DNA from: Paracoccaceae bacterium
GTDB taxonomy: Bacteria; Pseudomonadota; Alphaproteobacteria; Rhodobacterales; Rhodobacteraceae
Reading direction: 5' to 3'
Length of the DNA stretch: 64,000 nucleotides
NCBI GenBank assembly: GCA_045106335.1
Contig: JBGCEM010000054.1
Location: 32,214-96,213 of the forward strand
How positions within the stretch are numbered: the stretch's first letter is position 1; every line of letters starts with the position of its first letter. Below, in pieces: positions 31,775 to 39,976 of this stretch. The notes under the pieces are model-generated. The model ran no database searches and was not told where the DNA came from. It worked only from the letters and a program-made list of their open reading frames with translations. The position numbers and the translations under genes were made by a program.

Positions 31775-32680
31775 TTAAGCTAAAGCCCCTTGCCGATCAA
31801 TGGCGCTGGCGATCAATATGTCGAAATCAGCCTCAGATTTCAAAGCACTGATTTCATCTGCTGTAACAGTCACCCCCCATTTGGCCATAGCTTCGTACCG
31901 GGGCTGCCGGTGCGCCAACGCTTTGGCGTACGTCCAGCGGATAAATGTGTCGGGTTCGACGCGGTCCGCGCTTTGCCCCGTTTCGCGCAAATAGTCGGTC
32001 CAACACTGCAACAAAAATGCGGGTTGGTAGGCCATCGGCTTCGGCGCGCGATCAAAACGGCGAATCAGTTCTTCTGTATGCGCTTCAGAGCCTTGGATCC
32101 AAATGAGCAAAGTTCGTGCGGCCAGTGTTTTCAACAACGGGTCTGTCAGGTCTTTCGCGTCAACCCATTCGCAGATGGACCCACCGGTGTCGCAAATAAA
32201 ATTTGGGTATCCATACAATCGTTTCGCGCGATCAATGAAATATCCGGTATCAGTTAACGCCGCGATTTCAGCGGAACTGAATTGCTGTTGGCGCCGTTGA
32301 TACTCATCAAGTGGCAGACCGCCTTTGGTTTTATCGCCCGGTTTGCCCAGGTAGGCCGATACTGGTGCAAGGTTTTCGAACGAGATGTTCGACCCTATGT
32401 AAATCGAATCGCTTTTTAAGAGATCCCGCAAGAATGGAACTTTCATCGCCTCGGCCTTGGCATTGTCGATGATGTACTCGCCCATGTAGCGCGTTCCAAT
32501 TCGGTAATCGATTGAATAGTGGAACCAGCTTCCCGCGTCCCGCAACATTTGCGACACGTATGTTTTGCCCAAACCAGACATACCAAATAGCAGAATGTGC
32601 TTGTCGGTCGCGCGCTGCCAGGCCTCTGCAGTTGGGTATATCATCGAATTGCTCATATTTTCTGGGTGAAACCTTTGCAT
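31775..32680 (-). CDS. uncharacterized P-loop NTPase
   Basis: Walker A GMSGLGKT lies near the N-terminus. I recognise no further family motifs. Confidence 0.55.
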   Translation of the reverse strand: MQRFHPENMSNSMIYPTAEAWQRATDKHILLFGMSGLGKTYVSQMLRDAGSWFHYSIDYRIGTRYMGEYIIDNAKAEAMKVPFLRDLLKSDSIYIGSNISFENLAPVSAYLGKPGDKTKGGLPLDEYQRRQQQFSSAEIAALTDTGYFIDRAKRLYGYPNFICDTGGSICEWVDAKDLTDPLLKTLAARTLLIWIQGSEAHTEELIRRFDRAPKPMAYQPAFLLQCWTDYLRETGQSADRVEPDTFIRWTYAKALAHRQPRYEAMAKWGVTVTADEISALKSEADFDILIASAIDRQGALA

Positions 32681-32762
32681 TGGTCCTACCGATGCGGGGA
32701 CAGCCGGTCAATGAAGGCGCGCGCCAAACGTCTGTCCAACACAAGCAAGTTCAAAGCCGAAG

Positions 32763-33626
32763 TTAGGCGCGCTTGCGGGTTTCCGACCAAATATTCAAAT
32801 AATTACCCAAAAATATGATCGCAGCACCTAGAAAAATCCAAGGATCCAATGGCTCTGCATATATGAGCCACCCGACGATTGCGATTGTTGGCAAGCGTCC
32901 AAAATCTATTGGACTAACGACTGCCGCGGGGGCAAGAGACAAGGCCTTGGTATAGCAAAAGTGGGCGCTGAGGCCGCACAAGCCAATGGCCAACACATAG
33001 GGCAGGGCTTGCCAAGTTGGAAGGGTGATGTTTCCATCATAACCTGCTGTTACAAGGCCTAAAAACAGCTGAACCAAAGTCAAATAGAACATGATGCAAG
33101 CGATAGAATCTGTTGTGGTTAAGCGTTTGGTCAAGATAACTGACAGCGCAAAAAATATCGCACAACTGGCGGCTGCCAGGACACCTGTGCTCAGCGACGT
33201 TGTACCGGGTTGGGCGACAAAAAGAATGCCGGCAAATCCGAGTAAAGCACTGACCAGCCGGATGCTTGTAAACCGCTCGCCCAGCAACAATGGGCTAAGC
33301 AATAAGACCCAAAGCGGCGTTGTAAATTCTAACGCAAAAACTTGACTGAGCGGAATGAAGGCCAAGGCATAGAACCACAGATTTTGGCCCGTGAAATGCG
33401 TAATATTGCGCAACACATGGGCGCCAAAGCGGTGCGTGCGCAGCTCAGACCAACGGTTCGTGACAGCGATTATCGCAACAACGACAATCAATCCGAACAT
33501 CGATCGATACAGCATTATTTCAAATGTATCGAGAGCGCCCGCCAGTTCCCGTCCCGACACCGCCATTGCTGAAAATGACACGATTGTGCCCAACATCCAG
33601 ATCAGGCCGCGCATTGTGTCAGACAT
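32763..33626 (-). CDS. DMT-family (EamA) transporter
   Basis: 10-TM profile. ATG 33626 (MSDTMRGLIW) is preferred over the track's TTG at 33653. Confidence 0.75.
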   Translation of the reverse strand: MSDTMRGLIWMLGTIVSFSAMAVSGRELAGALDTFEIMLYRSMFGLIVVVAIIAVTNRWSELRTHRFGAHVLRNITHFTGQNLWFYALAFIPLSQVFALEFTTPLWVLLLSPLLLGERFTSIRLVSALLGFAGILFVAQPGTTSLSTGVLAAASCAIFFALSVILTKRLTTTDSIACIMFYLTLVQLFLGLVTAGYDGNITLPTWQALPYVLAIGLCGLSAHFCYTKALSLAPAAVVSPIDFGRLPTIAIVGWLIYAEPLDPWIFLGAAIIFLGNYLNIWSETRKRA

Positions 33627-33695
33627 CAAAACGCTCTTTTGAGCGATTTGCAAATTTGGTAAAACACCTTTGCAAATATGCGTAACGTATTGAAA

Positions 33696-35270
33696 TCATT
33701 CCCACTCAATCGTGCCAGGGGGCTTGGACGTAATGTCATATGTCACGCGGTTGATACCGGGAACTTCATTGATGATGCGCGTCGCCGTTTCCCCAAGGAA
33801 GTCATGCGAGAACGGATAATAATCTGCTGTCATCCCATCCACAGAGGTCACGGCGCGCAAAGCGCATGCGTAATCATAAGTGCGCCCATCACCCATCACA
33901 CCGACGGTGCGTACAGGAAGAATCGCACAAAAAGCCTGCCAGATGTCGTCATAAAGCCCGTGTTTGCGGATCTGATCGATATAGACGGCATCTGCCTCGC
34001 GCAGGATATCCAGTTTCGGACGCGTGATTTTACCCGGGCAGCGAATCGCCAGTCCTGGACCTGGAAAAGGATGACGCCCGATAAAACTGGACGGCAGCCC
34101 AAGTTCGCGGCCCAAGGCACGCACCTCATCTTTGAAAAGCTCGCGCAGGGGTTCGACCAGCTTCAGCCCCATTTTTTCCGGAAGGCCGCCGACATTGTGA
34201 TGCGACTTGATCGTAACAGAAGGGCCACCTGAAAAGCTGACGCTTTCAATCACGTCCGGGTACAGGGTGCCCTGGGCAAGAAACTCGGCGCCCTCAACTT
34301 GGTCAGCGTATTTTTGGAACACGTCAATGAACAGTCGACCAATGATTTTTCTTTTTGTTTCTGGGTCACTTACGCCGTCAAGCTCACCCAAAAAAAGATC
34401 AGATTCGTCGGCGTGGATCAGCTTAAGGTTATAGTTATCGCGGAACATGCCCACGACCTCGGTTGCTTCATCTTTGCGCAGTAGCCCGTGATCGACAAAC
34501 ACACATGTCAGATTGTCGCCAATCGCTTCGTGGATCAGGATCGCCGCAACTGAGCTGTCGACGCCGCCCGATAGCGCGCAGATGACTTTCTTGTCACCAA
34601 CTTGCGTACGGATCGCGTCAATCATGGTTTCACGGTAGGCCCCCATGGTCCAGTCGCCGGTAAACCCTGCAATCCGCACAAAGTTTTCGTAAAGCTTGGC
34701 GCCGTGCGGGGTGTGGTGCACTTCGGGATGGAATTGCACTGCATAAAACTGCCGGGCGGGATCGGCCGTGATCGCATAGGGCGCATTGGGCGAGGTGCCG
34801 TAGACTTCAAATCCGGGCGCAAGGCGGCTGACATGATCGCCATGGCTCATCCAGACTTGCTCGGGTCCGGTGTCAAACCAGCCATTCAGCAAATCTAATT
34901 TGCCTGTTGGCTCTACAAACGCGCGGCCAAATTCAGCTGTGCCGCCGCCACCGGAAATCTTGCCGCCTTCGACCAGCCCGCCAAGTTCTTGCATCATTAC
35001 TTGCTGGCCATAGCAAATGCCCAAAATCGGTACGCCATAATCAAAAATACCGTCAGGGGGCCGCGGAGAGCCAGGGCGAACCACACTGTCAGGGCCGCCC
35101 GAAAAGATCACAGCTTTGGGCGCAATTGTGCGCACAACTTCCATGGTGACCTTTTGGTAGGGGTGAATTTCACAATACACATTCAATTCGCGCAAGCGAC
35201 GCGCAATCAGCTGCGTGACTTGTGATCCGAAATCAATGATGAGCAGGCGGTCATGGGTGGTGTCAGACAT
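33696..35270 (-). CDS. guaA: glutamine-hydrolysing GMP synthase
   Basis: GATase domain (ILGICYGQQ), ATP-PPase motif SGGVDSSV and the C-terminal PPGTIEWE. Confidence 0.97.
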   Translation of the reverse strand: MSDTTHDRLLIIDFGSQVTQLIARRLRELNVYCEIHPYQKVTMEVVRTIAPKAVIFSGGPDSVVRPGSPRPPDGIFDYGVPILGICYGQQVMMQELGGLVEGGKISGGGGTAEFGRAFVEPTGKLDLLNGWFDTGPEQVWMSHGDHVSRLAPGFEVYGTSPNAPYAITADPARQFYAVQFHPEVHHTPHGAKLYENFVRIAGFTGDWTMGAYRETMIDAIRTQVGDKKVICALSGGVDSSVAAILIHEAIGDNLTCVFVDHGLLRKDEATEVVGMFRDNYNLKLIHADESDLFLGELDGVSDPETKRKIIGRLFIDVFQKYADQVEGAEFLAQGTLYPDVIESVSFSGGPSVTIKSHHNVGGLPEKMGLKLVEPLRELFKDEVRALGRELGLPSSFIGRHPFPGPGLAIRCPGKITRPKLDILREADAVYIDQIRKHGLYDDIWQAFCAILPVRTVGVMGDGRTYDYACALRAVTSVDGMTADYYPFSHDFLGETATRIINEVPGINRVTYDITSKPPGTIEWE

Positions 35271-35318
35271 AGCCCTTGGTTATGGCTGTGGCGGTCTATG
35301 TGCAAGAGGGGACATCGA

Positions 35319-35669
35319 ATGACGCGCTTGTTAACGGAATTTGGCATGGGGACATCTTTGCGGCGGGGGGATTACACCCAAGCGGCCTGCCGTGGCGTGC
35401 GTGATGCACTGTGGCACAATTCGATCAATCTTGCTGAGCTTTACGGGTTTTCGAAAGAAGATATGCAGATTCGCGTTGATATCGGCGTTCAACAGCCTGA
35501 TCGCGTTGATGTTTCGAAAATTGCTGCTGAGTTCCCTTATGGGCAACCCGACATACATGTGAGCCTGGGGGGATTGGACATTCCGCGCCCTGAAGGTTCG
35601 GGCAATCCGACGGTTGTTGCCAATATCGCGCTGTCGGTTAGCTTTGATATGGAGCGTGCCGATGTCTGA
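35319..35669 (+). CDS. Lin0512-family-like uncharacterized protein, copy 1
   Basis: ATG 35319, with AGAGGGGA upstream. The N-terminus EFGMGTSLRRGDYTQAACRGVRDALWHNS parallels copy 2 and my memory of TIGR02058/PF09585. Confidence 0.55.
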   Translation: MTRLLTEFGMGTSLRRGDYTQAACRGVRDALWHNSINLAELYGFSKEDMQIRVDIGVQQPDRVDVSKIAAEFPYGQPDIHVSLGGLDIPRPEGSGNPTVVANIALSVSFDMERADV

Positions 35670-36027
35670 ACAGCGTATGATCATCGAAATGGGTATGGGC
35701 AATGACATGTATGGTGAGGACTATACTAAGGCTGCCACCCGCGCGATCGAAGATGCGATCCGTCATTCCAGTCTGCCGATTTTTGAAGCCACGGACCTAA
35801 GCCATGATGAAATGCGGGTGCGTGTCACTGTTGGTGTGCAAGAACCTGGTTTGGTCGATTGTGAGGCTTTGGCCACGTGCCTGCCGCGCGGGCGCGCTGA
35901 AGTTGTTGCCGTTAAAGGTGGACTAAATGTAGATAATCCTGAAACGGGAGGACGAATTGTGATTGCATCAGCCGCTGTGGAAGCATTTTTGCCGCCACAA
36001 GCGGGTTGGGTTCTGCGCAAGCCATAA
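35662..36027 (+). CDS. Lin0512-family-like uncharacterized protein, copy 2
   Basis: ATG 35662 overlaps the copy 1 stop by 8 nt (ATGTCTGA). IEMGMGNDMYGEDYTKAATRAIEDAIRHSS is paralogous to copy 1. Confidence 0.55.
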   Translation: MSEQRMIIEMGMGNDMYGEDYTKAATRAIEDAIRHSSLPIFEATDLSHDEMRVRVTVGVQEPGLVDCEALATCLPRGRAEVVAVKGGLNVDNPETGGRIVIASAAVEAFLPPQAGWVLRKP

Positions 36028-36193
36028 GGTTCAGACCGGGGCGCTGCCCCGGACCCCGGAGTTTTCTTGCTAAGTGAAGCTGCGTTGTTCTGCTTGTCGT
36101 TTTTATCCGTGTAAGGCCGTTTGACGTCGGGGCGCGCGCGGTTGCTTGCAGTACCTGTTGATCTAGGCGCAGGGCCTTAGGCGGAGAACGAAC

Positions 36194-37738
36194 ATGACAG
36201 AAGAAGTGAAACGTCGGCGCGGTCGTGGCGGTGGCGGGGCTGCACGGCGGGCGGAACGTGGGGCTGTATCGTTTGAGACGGCCAAATACATCGAGCGCAA
36301 CATCCCAAATTTTGAAGTCTTAAATGACGAAGCGTTAGAAATCATTGAAGCGAACGCTGAAAGTGTCTTGGAAGAGATCGGTGTAAATTTCGTTTCTAAT
36401 CCGGCTGCTTTGGCGCGTTGGAAAGAGGCCGGCGCAGATGTTAAGGGCGAGCGGGTTCATATTCCGCGCGGATTGGCGCGGGAATTGATCAAGACTGCAC
36501 CGCAAACGTTCACGCAGCATGCGCGTAATCCTGAAAGAACTGTTGAAATTGGCGGTCGAAATCTTGTTCTTGCACCTGTTTATGGACCGCCCTTTGTGCG
36601 TGACGTGGCGGGTGGTCGACGGTATGCGACGATGGAGGATTTTCGCAAATTCGTGAAGCTTGGATATATGTCCAAATGGCTGCACCATTCCGGAGGTACG
36701 GTGTGTGAACCGACCGACATTGCGGTGAACAAGCGACACTTGGATATGTTGCATGCGCATATGACTTTGTCCGACAAACCTTTCATGGGGTCGGTCACAG
36801 AACCATCCCGTGCACAAGATTCGGTTGAGATGTGCGAGATTCTTTTTGGGAAACAGTTTGTTTCCGAAAACACCGTAATGACGTCTTTGATCAATATTAA
36901 CTCTCCGATGACCTTCGATGACGTGATGATGGGCGCGATGGAGGTCTATGCAAAAGCCAACCAAGCTTGCATCATTTCGCCCTTCATCGTGGGGGGGGCC
37001 ATGGCCCCAGTTTCTGTCGCCGGGACGCTGACACAAGTCATGGCCGAGGTGCTTGCCGGTATCGCCTATAACCAGTTGGTGCGCCCTGGTGCGCCGGTGA
37101 TAATGGGGGCTTTTGTCACATCCATCGATATGAACTCGGGTGCGCCGACTTTTGGGACGCCAGAAGCGGCACATATCACCTACGGTGCTGGACAATTGGC
37201 GCGTCGTTTGGGACTGCCATATCGGTCGGCAGGTTCTTTTTGCGGGTCTAAATTGCCAGACGCACAAGCGGCGTATGAAACGTCTAACTCATTGAATATG
37301 GGTCTTTTATCTGGGGTCAACTTCATGCTGCATGCGTGCGGTTGGCTGGAAGGCGGGCTGGTGTCATCCTTTGAAAAGTTCGTGATGGATGCTGATCAAT
37401 TAGGAGCATTGCATCACTTAGCGCGTGGCGTGGAAATGGATGAAAATGCGCAAGCAATGGGTGCAATCGCAGAAGTGGGCCCAGGCGGGCATTATTTGGG
37501 CTGCGCACATACCCAAGCCAACTTTAAGAATGCCTTCTGGAAGTCTGATTTATTGGACTATAAACCGTTTGAGACTTGGGCCGACGAGGGTGCGCGCGAC
37601 ACTCAAGAACTTGCGCGTTTGCGGGTGGAAAAGTTATTGTCCCAGTACCAGAAGCCTTCAATAGACCCAAATGTAGAAGAGGGTCTAAGTGATTATATAG
37701 AAAAGAAAAAAGCGGCTGAGCCCGATGCGTTTATGTAG
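36194..37738 (+). CDS. trimethylamine methyltransferase (MttB) superfamily protein, non-pyrrolysine type
   Basis: 514-aa uninterrupted ORF with no in-frame amber codon. GGAG lies 7 nt upstream. N-terminal RRGRGG...FETAKYIERNIPNFEVLNDEALEIIE and the overall length are typical of MttB-like quaternary-amine methyltransferases. Confidence 0.8.
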   Translation: MTEEVKRRRGRGGGGAARRAERGAVSFETAKYIERNIPNFEVLNDEALEIIEANAESVLEEIGVNFVSNPAALARWKEAGADVKGERVHIPRGLARELIKTAPQTFTQHARNPERTVEIGGRNLVLAPVYGPPFVRDVAGGRRYATMEDFRKFVKLGYMSKWLHHSGGTVCEPTDIAVNKRHLDMLHAHMTLSDKPFMGSVTEPSRAQDSVEMCEILFGKQFVSENTVMTSLININSPMTFDDVMMGAMEVYAKANQACIISPFIVGGAMAPVSVAGTLTQVMAEVLAGIAYNQLVRPGAPVIMGAFVTSIDMNSGAPTFGTPEAAHITYGAGQLARRLGLPYRSAGSFCGSKLPDAQAAYETSNSLNMGLLSGVNFMLHACGWLEGGLVSSFEKFVMDADQLGALHHLARGVEMDENAQAMGAIAEVGPGGHYLGCAHTQANFKNAFWKSDLLDYKPFETWADEGARDTQELARLRVEKLLSQYQKPSIDPNVEEGLSDYIEKKKAAEPDAFM

Positions 37739-37757
37739 GTGCAAGCGGGCTTAACCT

Positions 37758-38054
37758 TTACACCACACGAAGGGTCGCGGCGCGTAGCAAACGGGCCTCG
37801 GCGACCATTGCTATCAGGACATCGATGTGGCGGGTCAGTGAATATCCTGCATCATCTGAGAGCCGCTTTGCATTCAACTCAGTTTCGATCTCACTGAGCC
37901 GCAAAAGGGCATCTGCGCTCTTTGGAAGGCGGGCCAAGCCCAACAGGCGGGGCAAATGCATATCACGGCGATACTCTTGAGCTCCGATTCGGGCGGCGCG
38001 AACGAGAAGACGCGGGCGGTTCATTTTCGAAATATAGCTGATGACGTCGAGCAT
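37758..38054 (-). CDS. small conserved hypothetical protein (DUF6477-like, from memory)
   Basis: 98 aa with ATG 38054 and GAGGTA upstream. Helical and Arg/Leu-rich, with no recognisable catalytic motif. Confidence 0.45.
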   Translation of the reverse strand: MLDVISYISKMNRPRLLVRAARIGAQEYRRDMHLPRLLGLARLPKSADALLRLSEIETELNAKRLSDDAGYSLTRHIDVLIAMVAEARLLRAATLRVV

Positions 38055-38269
38055 TTGGATTACCTCAAGTTGAATGTTGTGAGGGCAATGTGACTCAGGA
38101 ATTCAACTGTTGCGCGAACTTTGATTTCTGCGTTCGGTGTGTAAGCCGGAAGATTATCTTTTGGAAACAAGATGAAAGAACGCTTCCCGGATTAAGACTT
38201 CAGTAACCATATAGCAATCATAGGTTGTACCGGGGGCTGTGGATAACTCGCAGAGGTTTAACGATTGGC

Positions 38270-39424
38270 ATGACGAATATGGAAAACGGACATACGGTAC
38301 TTCAAGATCGGACAGAACACACGGGTTCTGTTGTTCCGCCTTGGGTGCCGGAAACGGTTCACCTGTATTTGGCTCATACTGGTGCTGGCATGTCGATTCG
38401 GGATTTGGCCCGGCTCAATGCTTGCCATGCCTCTACGATTTCACGGCGCATTCGTCGCATCGAACAACAGCGGGACGATCCATTGATCGACGCTGCGTTG
38501 CGACGCATTGAGTCTCAGATTGAACCGGGGGCGCCAGAGTTGCGGCGCAACATCAAGAGGAATTTGAAGGCCATGAGCACTTCTGCTGAACGGGACCGGG
38601 CAAGTTTACTGCCCAATGAGTTTGATAAAGAATCGATGCGTGTGTTGCGTCGTTTATGTGAAACAGGGGCGGTGCTGGCCATCGCTGCTGATATGGATAT
38701 GGCGGTCGTTGTGCGTGAAGCCAATGACGGATCCACAACACGTACGGCCGTTGTTGCGCAAGAAATTGCGCAAGCGATGGCCTTAAAGGGGTGGATCGAA
38801 ACAACCGGGCACGGTCGGATCTTGCGCTACTGCATCACAGGTGCGGGACGAGATACTGTTAAAGACCACCTGCAAGCGCTTGGAACTGCGTCTGAAATGG
38901 AAATGGCCGAAGCGCCAGCGCATTTTGAGCCAGCTCCGCGGGCATTGGATGAAGACGGGTTCGGATCGCCGCGTAAGTTGCGATACAATCTAGCAGAATC
39001 ACCTTTGACTGCTTTGGCCCGTCGCCGGGACAAGGATGGCACGCCATTTCTAAGCGAAGACTTGGTACGCTGCGGTGAACGTCTGCGCGAAGATTTTGAG
39101 CTGGCGCAAATGGGTCCACAAGTGACCCAGAACTGGACACAGTTTCTGTTAAGCGGCGGTGCTCAAGTCGCGGCAGAGGCGCCGAAATCAGGCTATGGCC
39201 CCGAGGCAGCTAAGTCGCGTGTCGTGACCGCACTGCAAGATCTTGGACCTGGGCTTAGCGATATCGCCTTGCGGTGTTGTTGCTTCCTTGAAGGTCTTGA
39301 AAACACTGAAAAACGAATGGGCTGGTCGGCGCGTTCGGGGAAGATCGTACTGCGAATCGCGTTGCAACGGTTAAAGCAGCACTATGACACCCATTTGACC
39401 GGCGAGGCTCAGATGATTGGCTAG
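38270..39424 (+). CDS. HTH-containing hypothetical protein (DUF6456-like C-terminal region, from memory)
   Basis: HTH-like segment MSIRDLARLNACHASTISRRIRRIE. The C-terminal segment LAESPLTALARRRDKDGTPFL..L..AGERLREDFE resembles DUF6456. The start is uncertain: 38225 TTG, 38270 ATG or 38279 ATG. Confidence 0.45.
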   Translation: MTNMENGHTVLQDRTEHTGSVVPPWVPETVHLYLAHTGAGMSIRDLARLNACHASTISRRIRRIEQQRDDPLIDAALRRIESQIEPGAPELRRNIKRNLKAMSTSAERDRASLLPNEFDKESMRVLRRLCETGAVLAIAADMDMAVVVREANDGSTTRTAVVAQEIAQAMALKGWIETTGHGRILRYCITGAGRDTVKDHLQALGTASEMEMAEAPAHFEPAPRALDEDGFGSPRKLRYNLAESPLTALARRRDKDGTPFLSEDLVRCGERLREDFELAQMGPQVTQNWTQFLLSGGAQVAAEAPKSGYGPEAAKSRVVTALQDLGPGLSDIALRCCCFLEGLENTEKRMGWSARSGKIVLRIALQRLKQHYDTHLTGEAQMIG

Positions 39425-39480
39425 CCTTTTGTGCGTCATCGCTGAATGATGCATTGGCAAAACTACGTGCGTAACAGGGC

Positions 39481-39900
39481 TTAAGGCTTTGGTTTTAGGG
39501 GAACTCCGTAAAGCTCTAGCCTGTGCCCGCGCAACTCATAACCCAGCTTGGCAGCGATTCGTTCTTGCAGCGCTTCGATATCAGCGTCGATAAATTCGAT
39601 GACTTCGCCTGAATTCAAATCTATCAGGTGATCGTGGTGATCACGTTCAGCGTCCTCATAGCGGGCGCGGCCGTCACCGAACTCCAATTTTTCCAGAATT
39701 CCCGCTTCTTCGAACAGCTTAACAGTGCGGTAGACTGTCGCAATCGAAATGCCAGCATCGATTTTTTGCGCGCGCGCATACAGCTCTTCGACATCCGGAT
39801 GATCGTCACTGTCTTGAAGAACCTGCGCCACAACACGGCGCTGGCCTGTCATTCGAAGGCCATTGGCTTCAAGTCTGTCAATTATGGTTGAGTTTGTCAT
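39481..39900 (-). CDS. irr: Fur-family transcriptional regulator, Irr-like
   Basis: 139 aa from ATG 39900. Winged-helix region ISIATVYRTVKLFEEAGIL and a His cluster DHHDH. The C-terminal CxxC pairs of Fur/Zur are absent, as in Irr. Confidence 0.7.
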   Translation of the reverse strand: MTNSTIIDRLEANGLRMTGQRRVVAQVLQDSDDHPDVEELYARAQKIDAGISIATVYRTVKLFEEAGILEKLEFGDGRARYEDAERDHHDHLIDLNSGEVIEFIDADIEALQERIAAKLGYELRGHRLELYGVPLKPKP

Positions 39901-39920
39901 GTCGTCTGCAGACCCGTGCC

Positions 39921-39955
39921 AAAAGAAAACGCCCCCCGATGAATAACGGGGGGCG
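39921..39955 (-). terminator. intrinsic terminator after the DUF533 gene, only about 20 nt upstream of the irr start codon
   Basis: 9-bp GC-rich stem: CGCCCCCCG at 39930-39938 pairs with CGGGGGGCG at 39947-39955, with an 8-nt loop. On the minus strand it is followed by TTTTCTTTT (complement of 39921-39929). Confidence 0.7.
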
Positions 39956-39976
39956 GGCAATGGGTCTAGGCATGTC

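Noticed and set aside
36335-37267. 310-aa minus-strand ORF inside the mttB-family gene
   Set aside because: It is antisense to a well-supported methyltransferase ORF. The sequence is Arg/His-rich and implausible as a protein.
36194-37738. Possibility that the MttB homologue is a pyrrolysine-containing TMA methyltransferase
   Set aside because: The ORF has no in-frame TAG and no pyl genes are nearby. It is therefore the non-Pyl class.
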